54,760 nt of DNA, taken from Lachnospiraceae bacterium (GTDB lineage Bacteria > Bacillota > Clostridia > Lachnospirales > Lachnospiraceae). Below the pieces are notes generated by a model. The model saw nothing but the letters and a program-made list of their open reading frames with translations. It searched no databases and was not told where the DNA came from. The translations under genes and the position numbers were made by a program. The DNA lies in contig JAGBNO010000025.1 of the NCBI GenBank assembly GCA_017634355.1, forward strand, positions 1 through 54,760, given 5' to 3'. Positions 1 through 9,286 of the stretch are shown here, piece after piece; the stretch's first letter is position 1, and each line of letters starts with the position of its first letter.

Positions 1-855
1 CTCTGTCCATGCCTTTGTAAGGTCTGCAAACCGGTCCGGAAGCATCCTTTGGTCTATGACCTGGCAAATTCTACTCACAAGAAAAGGATAGCCTCTAGTG
101 TAAGCCCTTATCTGCCCCGCAATGGCCGCCGTATCCATTCCCGTATGGTAGTCAGACTCATACTCGTCCAGCATAGCCTTTATGCCGGACTCCGACAGGC
201 TCATATCTATAGTAAAATCCGCAGCGATATTCCATGGGCTATTCTCTTTTGCAAACGCATCATTCCTTATTTTGCCTTTTAGATGCTTTACATCTGTCAC
301 CCCTGCAAGGATGACCGACTGAAAAGCCGCCATGCCCTTCGTATCCCTGTTTATATAGCTGTCCCTAAACCCCGCAAGGAAATCCAGGAACACTTGATTA
401 TTTGCTGCAGAGTCAACCTCATCTATTATAAATACTATGTTGCGCTCGGATTCCTCGCACCAGACGAGCATGGCGTCAAAGAGCTCATCCAGTTTTACCT
501 TTTCCCCGCTCCTTTCCAGGAAATCGTCAAAAAGCCTTTCTGCCCTTTCCGGCAGAGTAAGCCCCGTGCGGTACTCGCGCTTTATCTTCCTGCAAAGGGC
601 TTTTACAAAGGATTGCTCATCCTCAAACCCTTCATTGCCTATACCCTCAAAGCTGATACTGACTACAGTGTAGTCTGTTTTAAGGCATTCTTGCAGCGCA
701 TTCAGCGTCGTCGTCTTTCCATACTGCCTGGCTCTGTTTATAGTAAAGTACTCGCCGGCATCTACCAGCTTTTTTATCTCCTCTATCCTGTCAGTGAGAT
801 CGACCATATAGTGCTTTGAAGGTATGCAGACACCTGTGGTGTTGAATTTTTTCAT
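1..855 (-). CDS. AAA-family ATPase, 3' end runs off the left edge (absent from the ORF track)
   Basis: Manual translation from ATG at 855: MKKFNTTGVCIPSKHYMVDL... Walker A RARQYGKTT, Walker B IIDEVD, SVILAGV. The segments translated are in one frame that reaches base 1. Confidence 0.85.
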   Translation of the reverse strand, partial: MKKFNTTGVCIPSKHYMVDLTDRIEEIKKLVDAGEYFTINRARQYGKTTTLNALQECLKTDYTVVSISFEGIGNEGFEDEQSFVKALCRKIKREYRTGLTLPERAERLFDDFLERSGEKVKLDELFDAMLVWCEESERNIVFIIDEVDSAANNQVFLDFLAGFRDSYINRDTKGMAAFQSVILAGVTDVKHLKGKIRNDAFAKENSPWNIAADFTIDMSLSESGIKAMLDEYESDYHTGMDTAAIAGQIRAYTRGYPFLVSRICQVIDQRMLPDRFADLTKAWTE

Positions 856-914
856 GGGATAGACCATCCTTTTTCTCCTCTTTTGGCATCGCTTCGCCAA
901 TTGACCAAATTATT

Positions 915-2255
915 TTACAATGCCGGAATTATTATATCACCTATATTGTCCCCGGACTGTCCTAATAAACCTGCCATATATATGGGCAGATAGGTAATAT
1001 TCTTAACAATCTCTGTATTGCCCGGATATAGTACATACGCTTTCTCAAATCTGTAATTGTCCAGAAGATGATTTAGCGCCGAATGTTTTTTGTAGTCATT
1101 CCCTGACTTGACTTCAACAGGTACCGCCATATCATCCCTGTCTATGATAAAATCAACCTCGCCCACGCCTTTTCTCTTATAGTAATAGAGTTCGTATCCG
1201 GATGCATATAATTCCTGCGCAACAAAGTTCTCAAAGAGCGATCCGTTATTGATCTCCCTGTTCGGATCCATGCTTATTATCTCCCTTTTGACAGAGAGCG
1301 GATAGCAGCATGTCAATAATCCCACATCACTCATAAACAGCTTGAACACATTGGTCGCACTCGATATCCTAAGCGGACTCTCCGGTTCAGAGACTATATA
1401 TGCCGGTATCGCCACCGCCGCATCCTTTAACCAGAGGAAACTGTTTTCATATCGGTCAAATTTTAGCTCCTTATCCAGTTCAGAGAAAACAAATCTCCGG
1501 TTCTGCTTGTTTAACTGCGACGGAATATTGTCATATACCGCCCTGATCCTAAGTTTGTTTTCCTTCAGCTCATATTGTGTAAAATCCGCTTTATACTGAT
1601 TGATTATACTACGCTGTTCTTTATCTATCCTCTCCAGATTATGGGAAGCATTGTATTCCCTGACTACCGTCGGCATACCGCCGGATACAAGGTAATAATA
1701 AAATGCCTGAAGCAGTTTTTTATGAACGATATCATCAACGGGGCGTTCGCTCCTGTAGCAATCCCGCATGTGCTCGATCATAGTTCCGCTTATACCCGAA
1801 TTAAGAGCAAATTCTTCATAGTTCATAGGCATCATCTGCCATTCATCGACATACCCCACCGGAATCGACCTTATATTCTTAAGCTCAACCCCAAGGTTGG
1901 AGCCGCTTAATATATAGCGGTACTTCCCTTCATCAACTAAGAATTTGATCTTGCTCACTATATCCGGATACTTCTGTATCTCATCAAGGAATATGACCGA
2001 TTCACCCTCCTTCAGCGGCACATCCGAATACAGCGCAAGCCTATTCGAGATATCGCCGGCATCCTCTGCTTTGGACAGCCATTCAAGTATATCCGTTCTC
2101 TCGACAAAATTATACTCACAGTATGATATGTTATTGCGCTTTAACATCTCCCTGATAAGATATGTCTTGCCCACCTGCCTCGCGCCATATATGAGCAGTG
2201 CCTTCCTGCTCTCATCGATCCACTTCTGTATTCGTTCTTCATATATTCTATACAT
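915..2255 (-). CDS. ATP-binding protein, AAA_14 + DUF4143 (C-terminal PD-(D/E)XK-like) family
   Basis: GARQVGKT Walker A, FLDEIQ Walker B, SGGMP, KLFMSDVGLL, GSLFEN and C-terminal EVDFII...PVEVKSG. Confidence 0.9.
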   Translation of the reverse strand: MYRIYEERIQKWIDESRKALLIYGARQVGKTYLIREMLKRNNISYCEYNFVERTDILEWLSKAEDAGDISNRLALYSDVPLKEGESVIFLDEIQKYPDIVSKIKFLVDEGKYRYILSGSNLGVELKNIRSIPVGYVDEWQMMPMNYEEFALNSGISGTMIEHMRDCYRSERPVDDIVHKKLLQAFYYYLVSGGMPTVVREYNASHNLERIDKEQRSIINQYKADFTQYELKENKLRIRAVYDNIPSQLNKQNRRFVFSELDKELKFDRYENSFLWLKDAAVAIPAYIVSEPESPLRISSATNVFKLFMSDVGLLTCCYPLSVKREIISMDPNREINNGSLFENFVAQELYASGYELYYYKRKGVGEVDFIIDRDDMAVPVEVKSGNDYKKHSALNHLLDNYRFEKAYVLYPGNTEIVKNITYLPIYMAGLLGQSGDNIGDIIIPAL

Positions 2256-2290
2256 ATCCGCCCCCTAGGTTGTGCGTTTTTACATGGTTT

Positions 2291-2422
2291 TGCCCCGAAA
2301 TTCAAATATATAATAGGACATTTTGCCCCGTTTTGCAAATGCCAATCGGGGCAAAATGCCCCGTTTTTCAAATATATGTTGGGGCGCTTTGCCCCGATTT
2401 GCATATATCAATCACGAAAACT
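2291..2422. repeat. Four degenerate 33-bp tandem units with GGGGCA-N3-TGCCCC-type palindromes at the junctions
   Basis: TGCCCCG occurs at 2291, 2324, 2357 and 2390, an exact 33-bp period. Confidence 0.85.
2310..2338 (-). promoter_or_regulatory. Putative sigma-A promoter of the AAA_14/DUF4143 gene
   Basis: Minus strand TTGCAA-17 nt-TATTAT, about 55 bp upstream of the ATG. Confidence 0.55.
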
Positions 2423-2478
2423 CCGGCGGCAGCTTTCTATGTTGACTTTTTTTGTGTTTTTTTTATAATCAGAAAACG

Positions 2479-2643
2479 GTATCTATTCAGCACCTTCACG
2501 CCTCGGAACGCTCTGCGTTCCTCGGTGTGGGCGGTCAGAGGCGCTCCGCGCCTTGCCCGCCCCTTGAAAATAAAAGAAATCCAATCAGTGAGCAAGCTCC
2601 CTGCTTGAATTTCTTTTATTTTCAAGGGGTGCTGAATAGATAC
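2479..2643. repeat. 165-bp REP/MITE-like palindromic element
   Basis: Perfect 16-bp terminal IR GTATCTATTCAGCACC/GGTGCTGAATAGATAC and internal 21-bp IR (2560-2580/2609-2629); partial copy at 21428-21501. Confidence 0.8.
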
Positions 2644-2680
2644 AAAAACGAATCGCAAACGAATTCAGAAATTGCCCATT

Positions 2681-4489
2681 ATGAAAAAACCTAAGAAACA
2701 AACAATAATACTTATCTCTGCCTGTCTCCTGCTTCTTATATGTGTTTGCCTGTTTTTCACTGAGATCAGGAACTTTCTCTACCTGCGCCACTATGAATAT
2801 ACAGCCCCCGGCTATGTGGATAGTTTCTTTGCCGGAAAGAAAGTGCTCTTCCTCGTCCCTCATGAGGACGACGACAGCAATCTCGCCCAGGGCGTGATGG
2901 AAGCCTATGCGGAGGCTGGTTCTGATGTATATGTGCTTTTTTCCACCAACGGGGACCATACCCATCCCGCAAAGACAAGAATAGATGAAGCCGCGCTTGC
3001 CGCCGAGGCAAACGGCATAGCGGCGGACCACTTAATATTCTTAGGCTATGGAAACGACTGGGATGAGGAGATTTCCGGATATAAACACATCTATGATGCG
3101 CCACCCGACCATCCCATGACCTCTGCGGCGGGATATACCTCCACCTATGGCACGGAAAAACACCCTGCCTACAGAAATACGGTCTCAGGAGAGCCCTCCC
3201 CATATACAAAAGCTTCCTATATTAATGATGTGGAAACTGTCCTTCTCGACCTGAAGCCGGATATCATCTACTGCATAGACTTAGACGAGCATCCGGACCA
3301 CAGAGCGCTTTCCCTCATCTTCGAGAGCGCCATGGGAGAGATCCTTAAAAATCCGCAGAATACATACACGCCTCTGGTTTTTAAAGGTTTCGGCTACTGC
3401 ACGGCCTGGGACGGAGCCGCTGGCTATCACGGAAAGATAGTTCCTTCCACGATAAATCCCGCAGACCGCTCATACGCCTATAACGATGATGAGGACGACA
3501 ATGACTATCTCCCCCATGCCAGGTATTACAACTGGTCAGAACGCATAAGGATGCCTGTCTCCCCCAAAATCCTCTCTTACAGTAAGCGCGCTTCAAATGC
3601 CCATAAGACCTTGAGCGCCTACCGCTCCCAGAATGCGATAGCCAATTTTGAAAAAATAGTGAAGGCAGATAAGGTATACTGGCAGCGCCCCACGGACAGC
3701 CTCCTCTACCATGCAAAGGTAAGACCCAGCTCCGGGGAGGCCCTTTGCCTAACGGACTTTAAACGCTATGACACAGACGACATTACCGGCAAGGATACCC
3801 TGGATAACAATATAGGGCTTTGGTTTCCGGATGAAAAGGACGAAAAGAAAACGATTTCTTTTATATTTGACAGGCCACAGACCATAGACCGCCTGGTATT
3901 CTGCGAAAACGATTCCTTATCTGACCATATCCTGTCAGGCACATTAAGCTTCTCTGACGGTACTATCATAGAGACAGGGGAGTTCAGGGAAAATGGCGCT
4001 CCCAGCATAGTAGAGACCGGACACCTGACCGGGATCACGGAATTCAGTTTTACTATAGGGGAAAGCCGTGGCGGCAGGGCAGGGCTCACGGAGATAGAGG
4101 CCTACTGCGACGACGATAATGCAGATAGGGAAAACGGGCTTACAGACAGAACTGCTTTCCTTAAGCTCACAGACAGGGACGGAAACTATATTTATGACTA
4201 TCTCTATGAGCGCGGCGAGGAGCTTTCCTTTAATCTGGAATACTTCTCACACCCATGCGCAAAAATGCCCGAAGCATTTGATGTCTTTTTAGATGGGGAA
4301 AAAATAAAGGCTTCCTGCAATAAAGATGAGATAAAAATCGAAAACGATTTTAAGCCACACACACTCACAGTTTCAGCCACAAATGACGGAAGCCTCTCAG
4401 ATACGGTTTTCCTAAGGCCATATACCCTGCGCTACCGCATAATGCTGCCTATAGTCAAGTGGCTGGAGACAGTGCGGGACCGGCAGTAA
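2681..4489 (+). CDS. PIG-L family de-N-acetylase with N-terminal membrane anchor and C-terminal beta-rich domains
   Basis: VPHEDD, STNGD, R..E and HPDH motifs; hydrophobic N-terminus. Confidence 0.85.
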   Translation: MKKPKKQTIILISACLLLLICVCLFFTEIRNFLYLRHYEYTAPGYVDSFFAGKKVLFLVPHEDDDSNLAQGVMEAYAEAGSDVYVLFSTNGDHTHPAKTRIDEAALAAEANGIAADHLIFLGYGNDWDEEISGYKHIYDAPPDHPMTSAAGYTSTYGTEKHPAYRNTVSGEPSPYTKASYINDVETVLLDLKPDIIYCIDLDEHPDHRALSLIFESAMGEILKNPQNTYTPLVFKGFGYCTAWDGAAGYHGKIVPSTINPADRSYAYNDDEDDNDYLPHARYYNWSERIRMPVSPKILSYSKRASNAHKTLSAYRSQNAIANFEKIVKADKVYWQRPTDSLLYHAKVRPSSGEALCLTDFKRYDTDDITGKDTLDNNIGLWFPDEKDEKKTISFIFDRPQTIDRLVFCENDSLSDHILSGTLSFSDGTIIETGEFRENGAPSIVETGHLTGITEFSFTIGESRGGRAGLTEIEAYCDDDNADRENGLTDRTAFLKLTDRDGNYIYDYLYERGEELSFNLEYFSHPCAKMPEAFDVFLDGEKIKASCNKDEIKIENDFKPHTLTVSATNDGSLSDTVFLRPYTLRYRIMLPIVKWLETVRDRQ

Positions 4490-6386
4490 TCGTATACAGC
4501 CTCCCGCCATATACCGCACCTTCCGTAGCCATATCAGATAAAAGCCCTAATTCCTCAGCCCTGCTTTCATTTAAATCTCTCCTAAAGTATATATACTCAA
4601 AATGCCTCTCTTCGCAGAAACTCATAAGTCCCGCCGCCGGATCCTCTCCCGAAAGCGCATAAAACTCCACCACCTGCGGAACTGCGGCATAGCGGGCAAA
4701 AAGCCGCTTTGAATTATTCTCTTCAGAATCTACAATTAAAATGCGGCTTCCAAAGCGGTACGCATTGCCCGGCCACTCCCTGAATTCCTCTTCGGCCTCT
4801 GCCTTGTCTTCCAGAGAACTCCTGTTATGTTCCTCAAATGCAGCTGTGTTCCAGTTGTTATATATAAGGGGATAATTAATGCTCATAGCGCTCACAATTA
4901 AAATGGCGACAGCTGCTATTTTCCCAAAGTGCTTTGTAAATACCCCTTCCATACGGCATAGGCCATATAGCGCCATATAGAGCATAGCACCCGCATAGAC
5001 CGTTATATAACGGTCGTAGCTAGACAGGGAAAGTGCCTCCCACTCATCAAAGATAAAGAGGTATACATATAAGAGCATTAATAGAAATAGCAAAAATCCT
5101 GTGAGTATCACGGCAAGCGACCAGATATCCCTCTTCTTTTTCCCGCATTTCTTTAAGTAAAGCGCCGCTACGATAAGAAATAATAGGAGGATCAGCGCAG
5201 GGCTTATCCCTAATGCTCCATCGTTGAGATGGAAGGTAAAAAAGCTATTCACATACAGCCTTATAACTTGCAGGGCATAGCTTGGAATACCGGTGTCCCT
5301 CGCCCCTGAGAGATTGCCCTGCAGCCTGTCTCCTAAGTAGGAATGATTCCCTTTAAGGCTACAGAACAATTTCCAGCTAAGCAGGGCCAGAAATGGGATT
5401 ACAACTGTCACGGCCATATATAACAAGCGCAATATATCTGCCATAACTAGCGTTTTTCTCTCCCCTCTCTGCCTTTTTTCCCTGATCTCCTTAAGCCTTT
5501 GCCACAGATCCTCATTTATAAGCATTAGAAGCATTATAATGACAGCTGGGAAAACACCTGTGCTTTTTGTAAGGCAGAGCACAGTGCATACAGCCAGGAG
5601 CCTTATATAATAAAACAGATCATGTGTTTTTTCATATACGCAGATTACTCCATAGGCAAAAAGGCAGGTGAGTATTCCATCCACGCCCAGGCAGTAAAGC
5701 ATCTGCCGCATACAGAGATAGGGAAAGAGTATCCCGAAGCAAAGCGATAATAAATATGCCGCCGTCGCCTGCCCCTCTTTTCTCTTAAAAAAGGGCAGCA
5801 AAAACAGCAGCATAAGTATATTATTCACATCAAACATCAGGGGTTCCGAAAAACGCCCCATTATCTTGAATCCCAGATAATAGCTGTACTGTATTATAGG
5901 CAGGTAGTCCCTGAAAAGGCTGGAGGAGAGTGCCCCCGCCGGCACTCCGTCTATCGCCTGCATATTCCTCGGAAAAGTTGCCCAGTAGTTCAGGTCGTCC
6001 CAGTTCAGCACCTGCATATTGCGATATATAAAGCATATCAGAACAGATGTTACGAAAAACAGAAAAAGTCCCGGCGTCAGATATGTATTGGCAAAAGCTT
6101 TCAGTATATTCCCGTCTGCTTCTGTTTCCCCTCTTCCATTCTTCCCCTGCGCCTGCCCGTCCGGGTCCTTGCATACACAGCGATCCCTGCATGGCCTGTG
6201 CCTTAATAGCAGGATAAACAGGATATCCCCGAATAGATATGCCAGCAGCAGGATTTCCAATATATGTGATATAACCCCAGTTATTCCAGCGGCAAAGGCA
6301 AGGATCATAGAGAGGAGGACCGCTACGGGCAGGGTGTCCTCTGCCTTTTTCCCAAAATAAAGCGCAGACAGGCCGGATAAGATCAT
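4455..6386 (-). CDS. Polytopic membrane protein, probable GT-C-fold glycosyltransferase
   Basis: Many TM segments, WDDLNYW loop, RDYLP, DRY motif; overlaps the GT2-GtrA gene by 4 bp. Confidence 0.65.
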   Translation of the reverse strand: MILSGLSALYFGKKAEDTLPVAVLLSMILAFAAGITGVISHILEILLLAYLFGDILFILLLRHRPCRDRCVCKDPDGQAQGKNGRGETEADGNILKAFANTYLTPGLFLFFVTSVLICFIYRNMQVLNWDDLNYWATFPRNMQAIDGVPAGALSSSLFRDYLPIIQYSYYLGFKIMGRFSEPLMFDVNNILMLLFLLPFFKRKEGQATAAYLLSLCFGILFPYLCMRQMLYCLGVDGILTCLFAYGVICVYEKTHDLFYYIRLLAVCTVLCLTKSTGVFPAVIIMLLMLINEDLWQRLKEIREKRQRGERKTLVMADILRLLYMAVTVVIPFLALLSWKLFCSLKGNHSYLGDRLQGNLSGARDTGIPSYALQVIRLYVNSFFTFHLNDGALGISPALILLLFLIVAALYLKKCGKKKRDIWSLAVILTGFLLFLLMLLYVYLFIFDEWEALSLSSYDRYITVYAGAMLYMALYGLCRMEGVFTKHFGKIAAVAILIVSAMSINYPLIYNNWNTAAFEEHNRSSLEDKAEAEEEFREWPGNAYRFGSRILIVDSEENNSKRLFARYAAVPQVVEFYALSGEDPAAGLMSFCEERHFEYIYFRRDLNESRAEELGLLSDMATEGAVYGGRLYTITAGPALSPAT

Positions 6387-7462
6387 GCTTTCCTCACAAA
6401 GACCCAGCGCTGCTGGATCTGGTAGCTTATGACAAAGAGACAGGTATCTACTATCAATTTACTCAAGGTGGCATTGCCCCAGAGGATATGGTGCAACAAT
6501 ATCACGAGATATCCCGATAAAAGCATCTGCAAAACGGCAAGGGTAGCATATTTAGCCGCAGCTACAGGCAGGGATGCGTCCGAACGGAATACCGCGGACT
6601 TATTCATAAAGAAATTATACATGGCAGAGAGCACCCTTGCGGATATGGTAGCCACCATGATATGCATATCCCCCTGAGTAAGCGGTGTATGTGAAAATAT
6701 CCATAGAAAGAGAGAAAAAAGGATGATATCCACTACAAAGGAAGACAGCGAGGAAAAGAGGAACTTCAAAAACTTCTTGTATATCTGGAAGGAATCCCTT
6801 ATGGGATGGAAGTGGGAGCCCTCATTCCCATCTATGTAAATGACGGCTATGGGCACTTCTACAAATGCTATCCCCCTTACATGCGCTTCTATTATCATAG
6901 ACATCTCATATTCATACCTCTCTCCGGGGAGCCTTAAGAAGAATTCCAGCCTGCTCATAGGCAGGCCCCTGAGTCCCGTCTGGGTATCCGAGAGCTTTAT
7001 TCCGCAGAGAAAGGCCATGAGCCTCCTCGTAAGGACATTGCCGAAACGGCTTTTCGCAGGTATGCCCTCCTTATCGAAATCCCTGCAGCCGAATATGAGA
7101 GAATCCGGATTCGCAATGAGGGCTTCAGCGCAGCTCACTATATCATCTATGCCATGCTGGCCGTCTCCGTCTGCCGTCACTATGCCCAGGGCTTCAGGAA
7201 AAGCTTTTCCTATGTAATTGATCCCAGTTTTAAGCGCCCTGCCCTTTCCGAGATTTATGCAGTGTGTGAGAACTATGGCCCCGGCCTCCTCCGCTTTCCG
7301 GAAAATGCCGCCATGGGGACCAGAAGACCCGTCGTCCACACAGACTATATGCGAAAAACCCCTTTCCCTAAGGCTTTTCAGCAGTTCCAGAAGTTTTTCG
7401 TCCGGGTCGAGGGAGGGGATAAGTATTATAATTTTCTCAAGGTTTACAGCCTGCGCAGCCAT
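6383..7462 (-). CDS. Bifunctional glycosyltransferase family 2 / GtrA flippase
   Basis: VDDGS, NLGKG.ALK, TADGDGQH, DTQTGLR, SHFHPIRDS, then a 4-TM GtrA domain. Confidence 0.92.
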   Translation of the reverse strand: MAAQAVNLEKIIILIPSLDPDEKLLELLKSLRERGFSHIVCVDDGSSGPHGGIFRKAEEAGAIVLTHCINLGKGRALKTGINYIGKAFPEALGIVTADGDGQHGIDDIVSCAEALIANPDSLIFGCRDFDKEGIPAKSRFGNVLTRRLMAFLCGIKLSDTQTGLRGLPMSRLEFFLRLPGERYEYEMSMIIEAHVRGIAFVEVPIAVIYIDGNEGSHFHPIRDSFQIYKKFLKFLFSSLSSFVVDIILFSLFLWIFSHTPLTQGDMHIMVATISARVLSAMYNFFMNKSAVFRSDASLPVAAAKYATLAVLQMLLSGYLVILLHHILWGNATLSKLIVDTCLFVISYQIQQRWVFVRKA

Positions 7463-7495
7463 ACTATGATGAATACCTGCTTTCTTTTTTTGATT

Positions 7496-7525
7496 AGTAT
7501 ATCCCGATTTCTATTGCAGCGTCAA
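7496..7525 (-). promoter_or_regulatory. Putative sigma-A promoter for the GT2-GtrA operon
   Basis: Minus strand TTGACG-18 nt-TATACT. Confidence 0.45.
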
Positions 7526-7560
7526 CTTGATAAAAGCCCCCTCTAATGGTAGCATATACT

Positions 7561-7597
7561 AGTGGTCCGTCTCAATAAACGATCAAGACGGACCACT
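7561..7597. repeat. Short palindrome (12-bp arms) upstream of the GT39 gene
   Basis: AGTGGTCCGTCT...AGACGGACCACT. Confidence 0.6.
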
Positions 7598-7616
7598 GGG
7601 AGGATCCAGGCAACGG

Positions 7617-9197
7617 ATGGTTAAAAGCAAGCGTTTAGAAACTGTATTACAATGGATGGATGGGCATTTCTGCCTTATGCTCCTATTCCTGTCCATCCTG
7701 CACCTTTTCACAAGGCTGTGGCTCCTTGCAGACATCCCTGTGGGCTACCACGGGGACGAGCTGGCCATCGCCTACGATTCCCTCTCCATCGCAAGAGACC
7801 ATGTGGACCGCTATCTTTATAAAATGCCCATATATTTCAAAAACTACGGCGATGGTATGAATGTGGGCTATATATATCTGACAGCCCCGCTATTTAAGCT
7901 ATTTGGCTATAGCAAACTGGCGCTCCGGCTTCCCGCCGCCATAGTCGGGCTGGTGCTTCTCATCTTTGGAAGCCTTACGGCAAAAGAATTCTTCCGGAGC
8001 AGCAAGGCCGGCCTCACCGTAGGGGCCTTGCTCACTATCTGTCCTATATTTATAAGCATGCAGCGCTTTGCCCTGGAAAGCCCCTTGCTCCTGAACTTCT
8101 GGGTAATGTCCCTCTACTTCCTGCTCAGGGGCGTGCATACAGGGAAAGCACGGCACTATCTTTTCTCAGGGCTCTTATTCGGCTATACCTTCTACCACTA
8201 TGCCCTGGGCTATGTGATGATACCCTTGTTTTTCCTCTTATACGGAGCCTACCTGCTATATGTCAAAAAGCTCTCCTTATGCAAATACGCAAGCACCGTG
8301 GCCATAGCCGGCATACTTGCCATCCCTCTCATCATGGAAATCCTCGTAAACAGCGGGCATCTCCCTGAGCTTAGGTTCACTTACCTTTCCTTTCCCAAGC
8401 TGGATGCCTACAGGGGAGTGGAATTCAGCCTGTCCCATATCCCGAAAAACCTTTATCTCATAAAGAACCTCTTTACATACGACTGGCTGGAGTATACCGG
8501 TGTTCCCGAATTTGGCTGCATGTATTATATGTCCATACCGCTCATACTATTCGGGCAGGCCTGCCTTATTTCCGAAGCAGTAAGCTCCATCAGGAAAAGG
8601 ATTTACAACCCCTTATGCTGCGCCCTTGCAATGGAGCTTTCAATAATAATGATAGTCTTTATCCTGGACAATCCCACGGACAGCAGGGCCTACTGCCTCT
8701 ATTATCCCTTCACCGTATGCATAGCGGCAGCCATAAGATTTATTTATCGGAAAGCCAGAACCTGGGCGCTGCTTCCGGTCTTTGCCTACGCAGCCGTCTT
8801 TGCGTCCTTTATGTACTTTTACTTTAATATTTATCCTGTAAAATATGCCGTACAGGTGAATTTCGAGCCCATGGAGATATATAAGTCCCTTGAAACCTTT
8901 ATAGCTAAGGACCACTTGACCGACTGGGACACAGCAGTCTATATAGATACAGAAAAAGAGACCAGCAATGTGGAGCTGCAGGTGCTCCTCTGCCTTCAGG
9001 CTTCTGCCTTTGAGTGGCACAGGGTGCAGAAGTACGGCTATGTCCGTAACATCCATTTCTTAACCTACAGCTCTGACCTGGACAGGGGCAATAGTTCCTT
9101 TATAGTAGAAAATACCGATGAAGCTTTCAAACGAAAGCTCACGGAAGCCGGTTATGAAGCGGTGGACAGCACAGAGTGGTATACTCTATATAAGTAA
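7617..9197 (+). CDS. Glycosyltransferase family 39 / ArnT-PMT-like membrane protein
   Basis: GYHGDE loop, ALRLPAA, RFALE and multiple TM helices. Confidence 0.8.
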   Translation: MVKSKRLETVLQWMDGHFCLMLLFLSILHLFTRLWLLADIPVGYHGDELAIAYDSLSIARDHVDRYLYKMPIYFKNYGDGMNVGYIYLTAPLFKLFGYSKLALRLPAAIVGLVLLIFGSLTAKEFFRSSKAGLTVGALLTICPIFISMQRFALESPLLLNFWVMSLYFLLRGVHTGKARHYLFSGLLFGYTFYHYALGYVMIPLFFLLYGAYLLYVKKLSLCKYASTVAIAGILAIPLIMEILVNSGHLPELRFTYLSFPKLDAYRGVEFSLSHIPKNLYLIKNLFTYDWLEYTGVPEFGCMYYMSIPLILFGQACLISEAVSSIRKRIYNPLCCALAMELSIIMIVFILDNPTDSRAYCLYYPFTVCIAAAIRFIYRKARTWALLPVFAYAAVFASFMYFYFNIYPVKYAVQVNFEPMEIYKSLETFIAKDHLTDWDTAVYIDTEKETSNVELQVLLCLQASAFEWHRVQKYGYVRNIHFLTYSSDLDRGNSSFIVENTDEAFKRKLTEAGYEAVDSTEWYTLYK

Positions 9198-9286
9198 GCG
9201 TAATTATGACAAGAAATCCTTCTGCAACAAAAAAAATACTATTACCTTCCATTGGCCCTGCCTCCCGGAACGCCAGGCATTCCACA

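Noticed and set aside
283-819. Plus-strand ORFs of 77-178 aa at the left end
   Set aside because: Antisense shadows of the minus-strand ATPase gene at 1-855
2141-2404. 87-aa ORF with 11-aa periodicity (GAK.P)
   Set aside because: By-product of translating the 33-bp DNA repeat; overlaps the real gene out of frame
2291-2422. Possible CRISPR or TIGR-like guide array
   Set aside because: The units are similar along their whole length with no unique spacers, and no cas or Nop-domain gene is present
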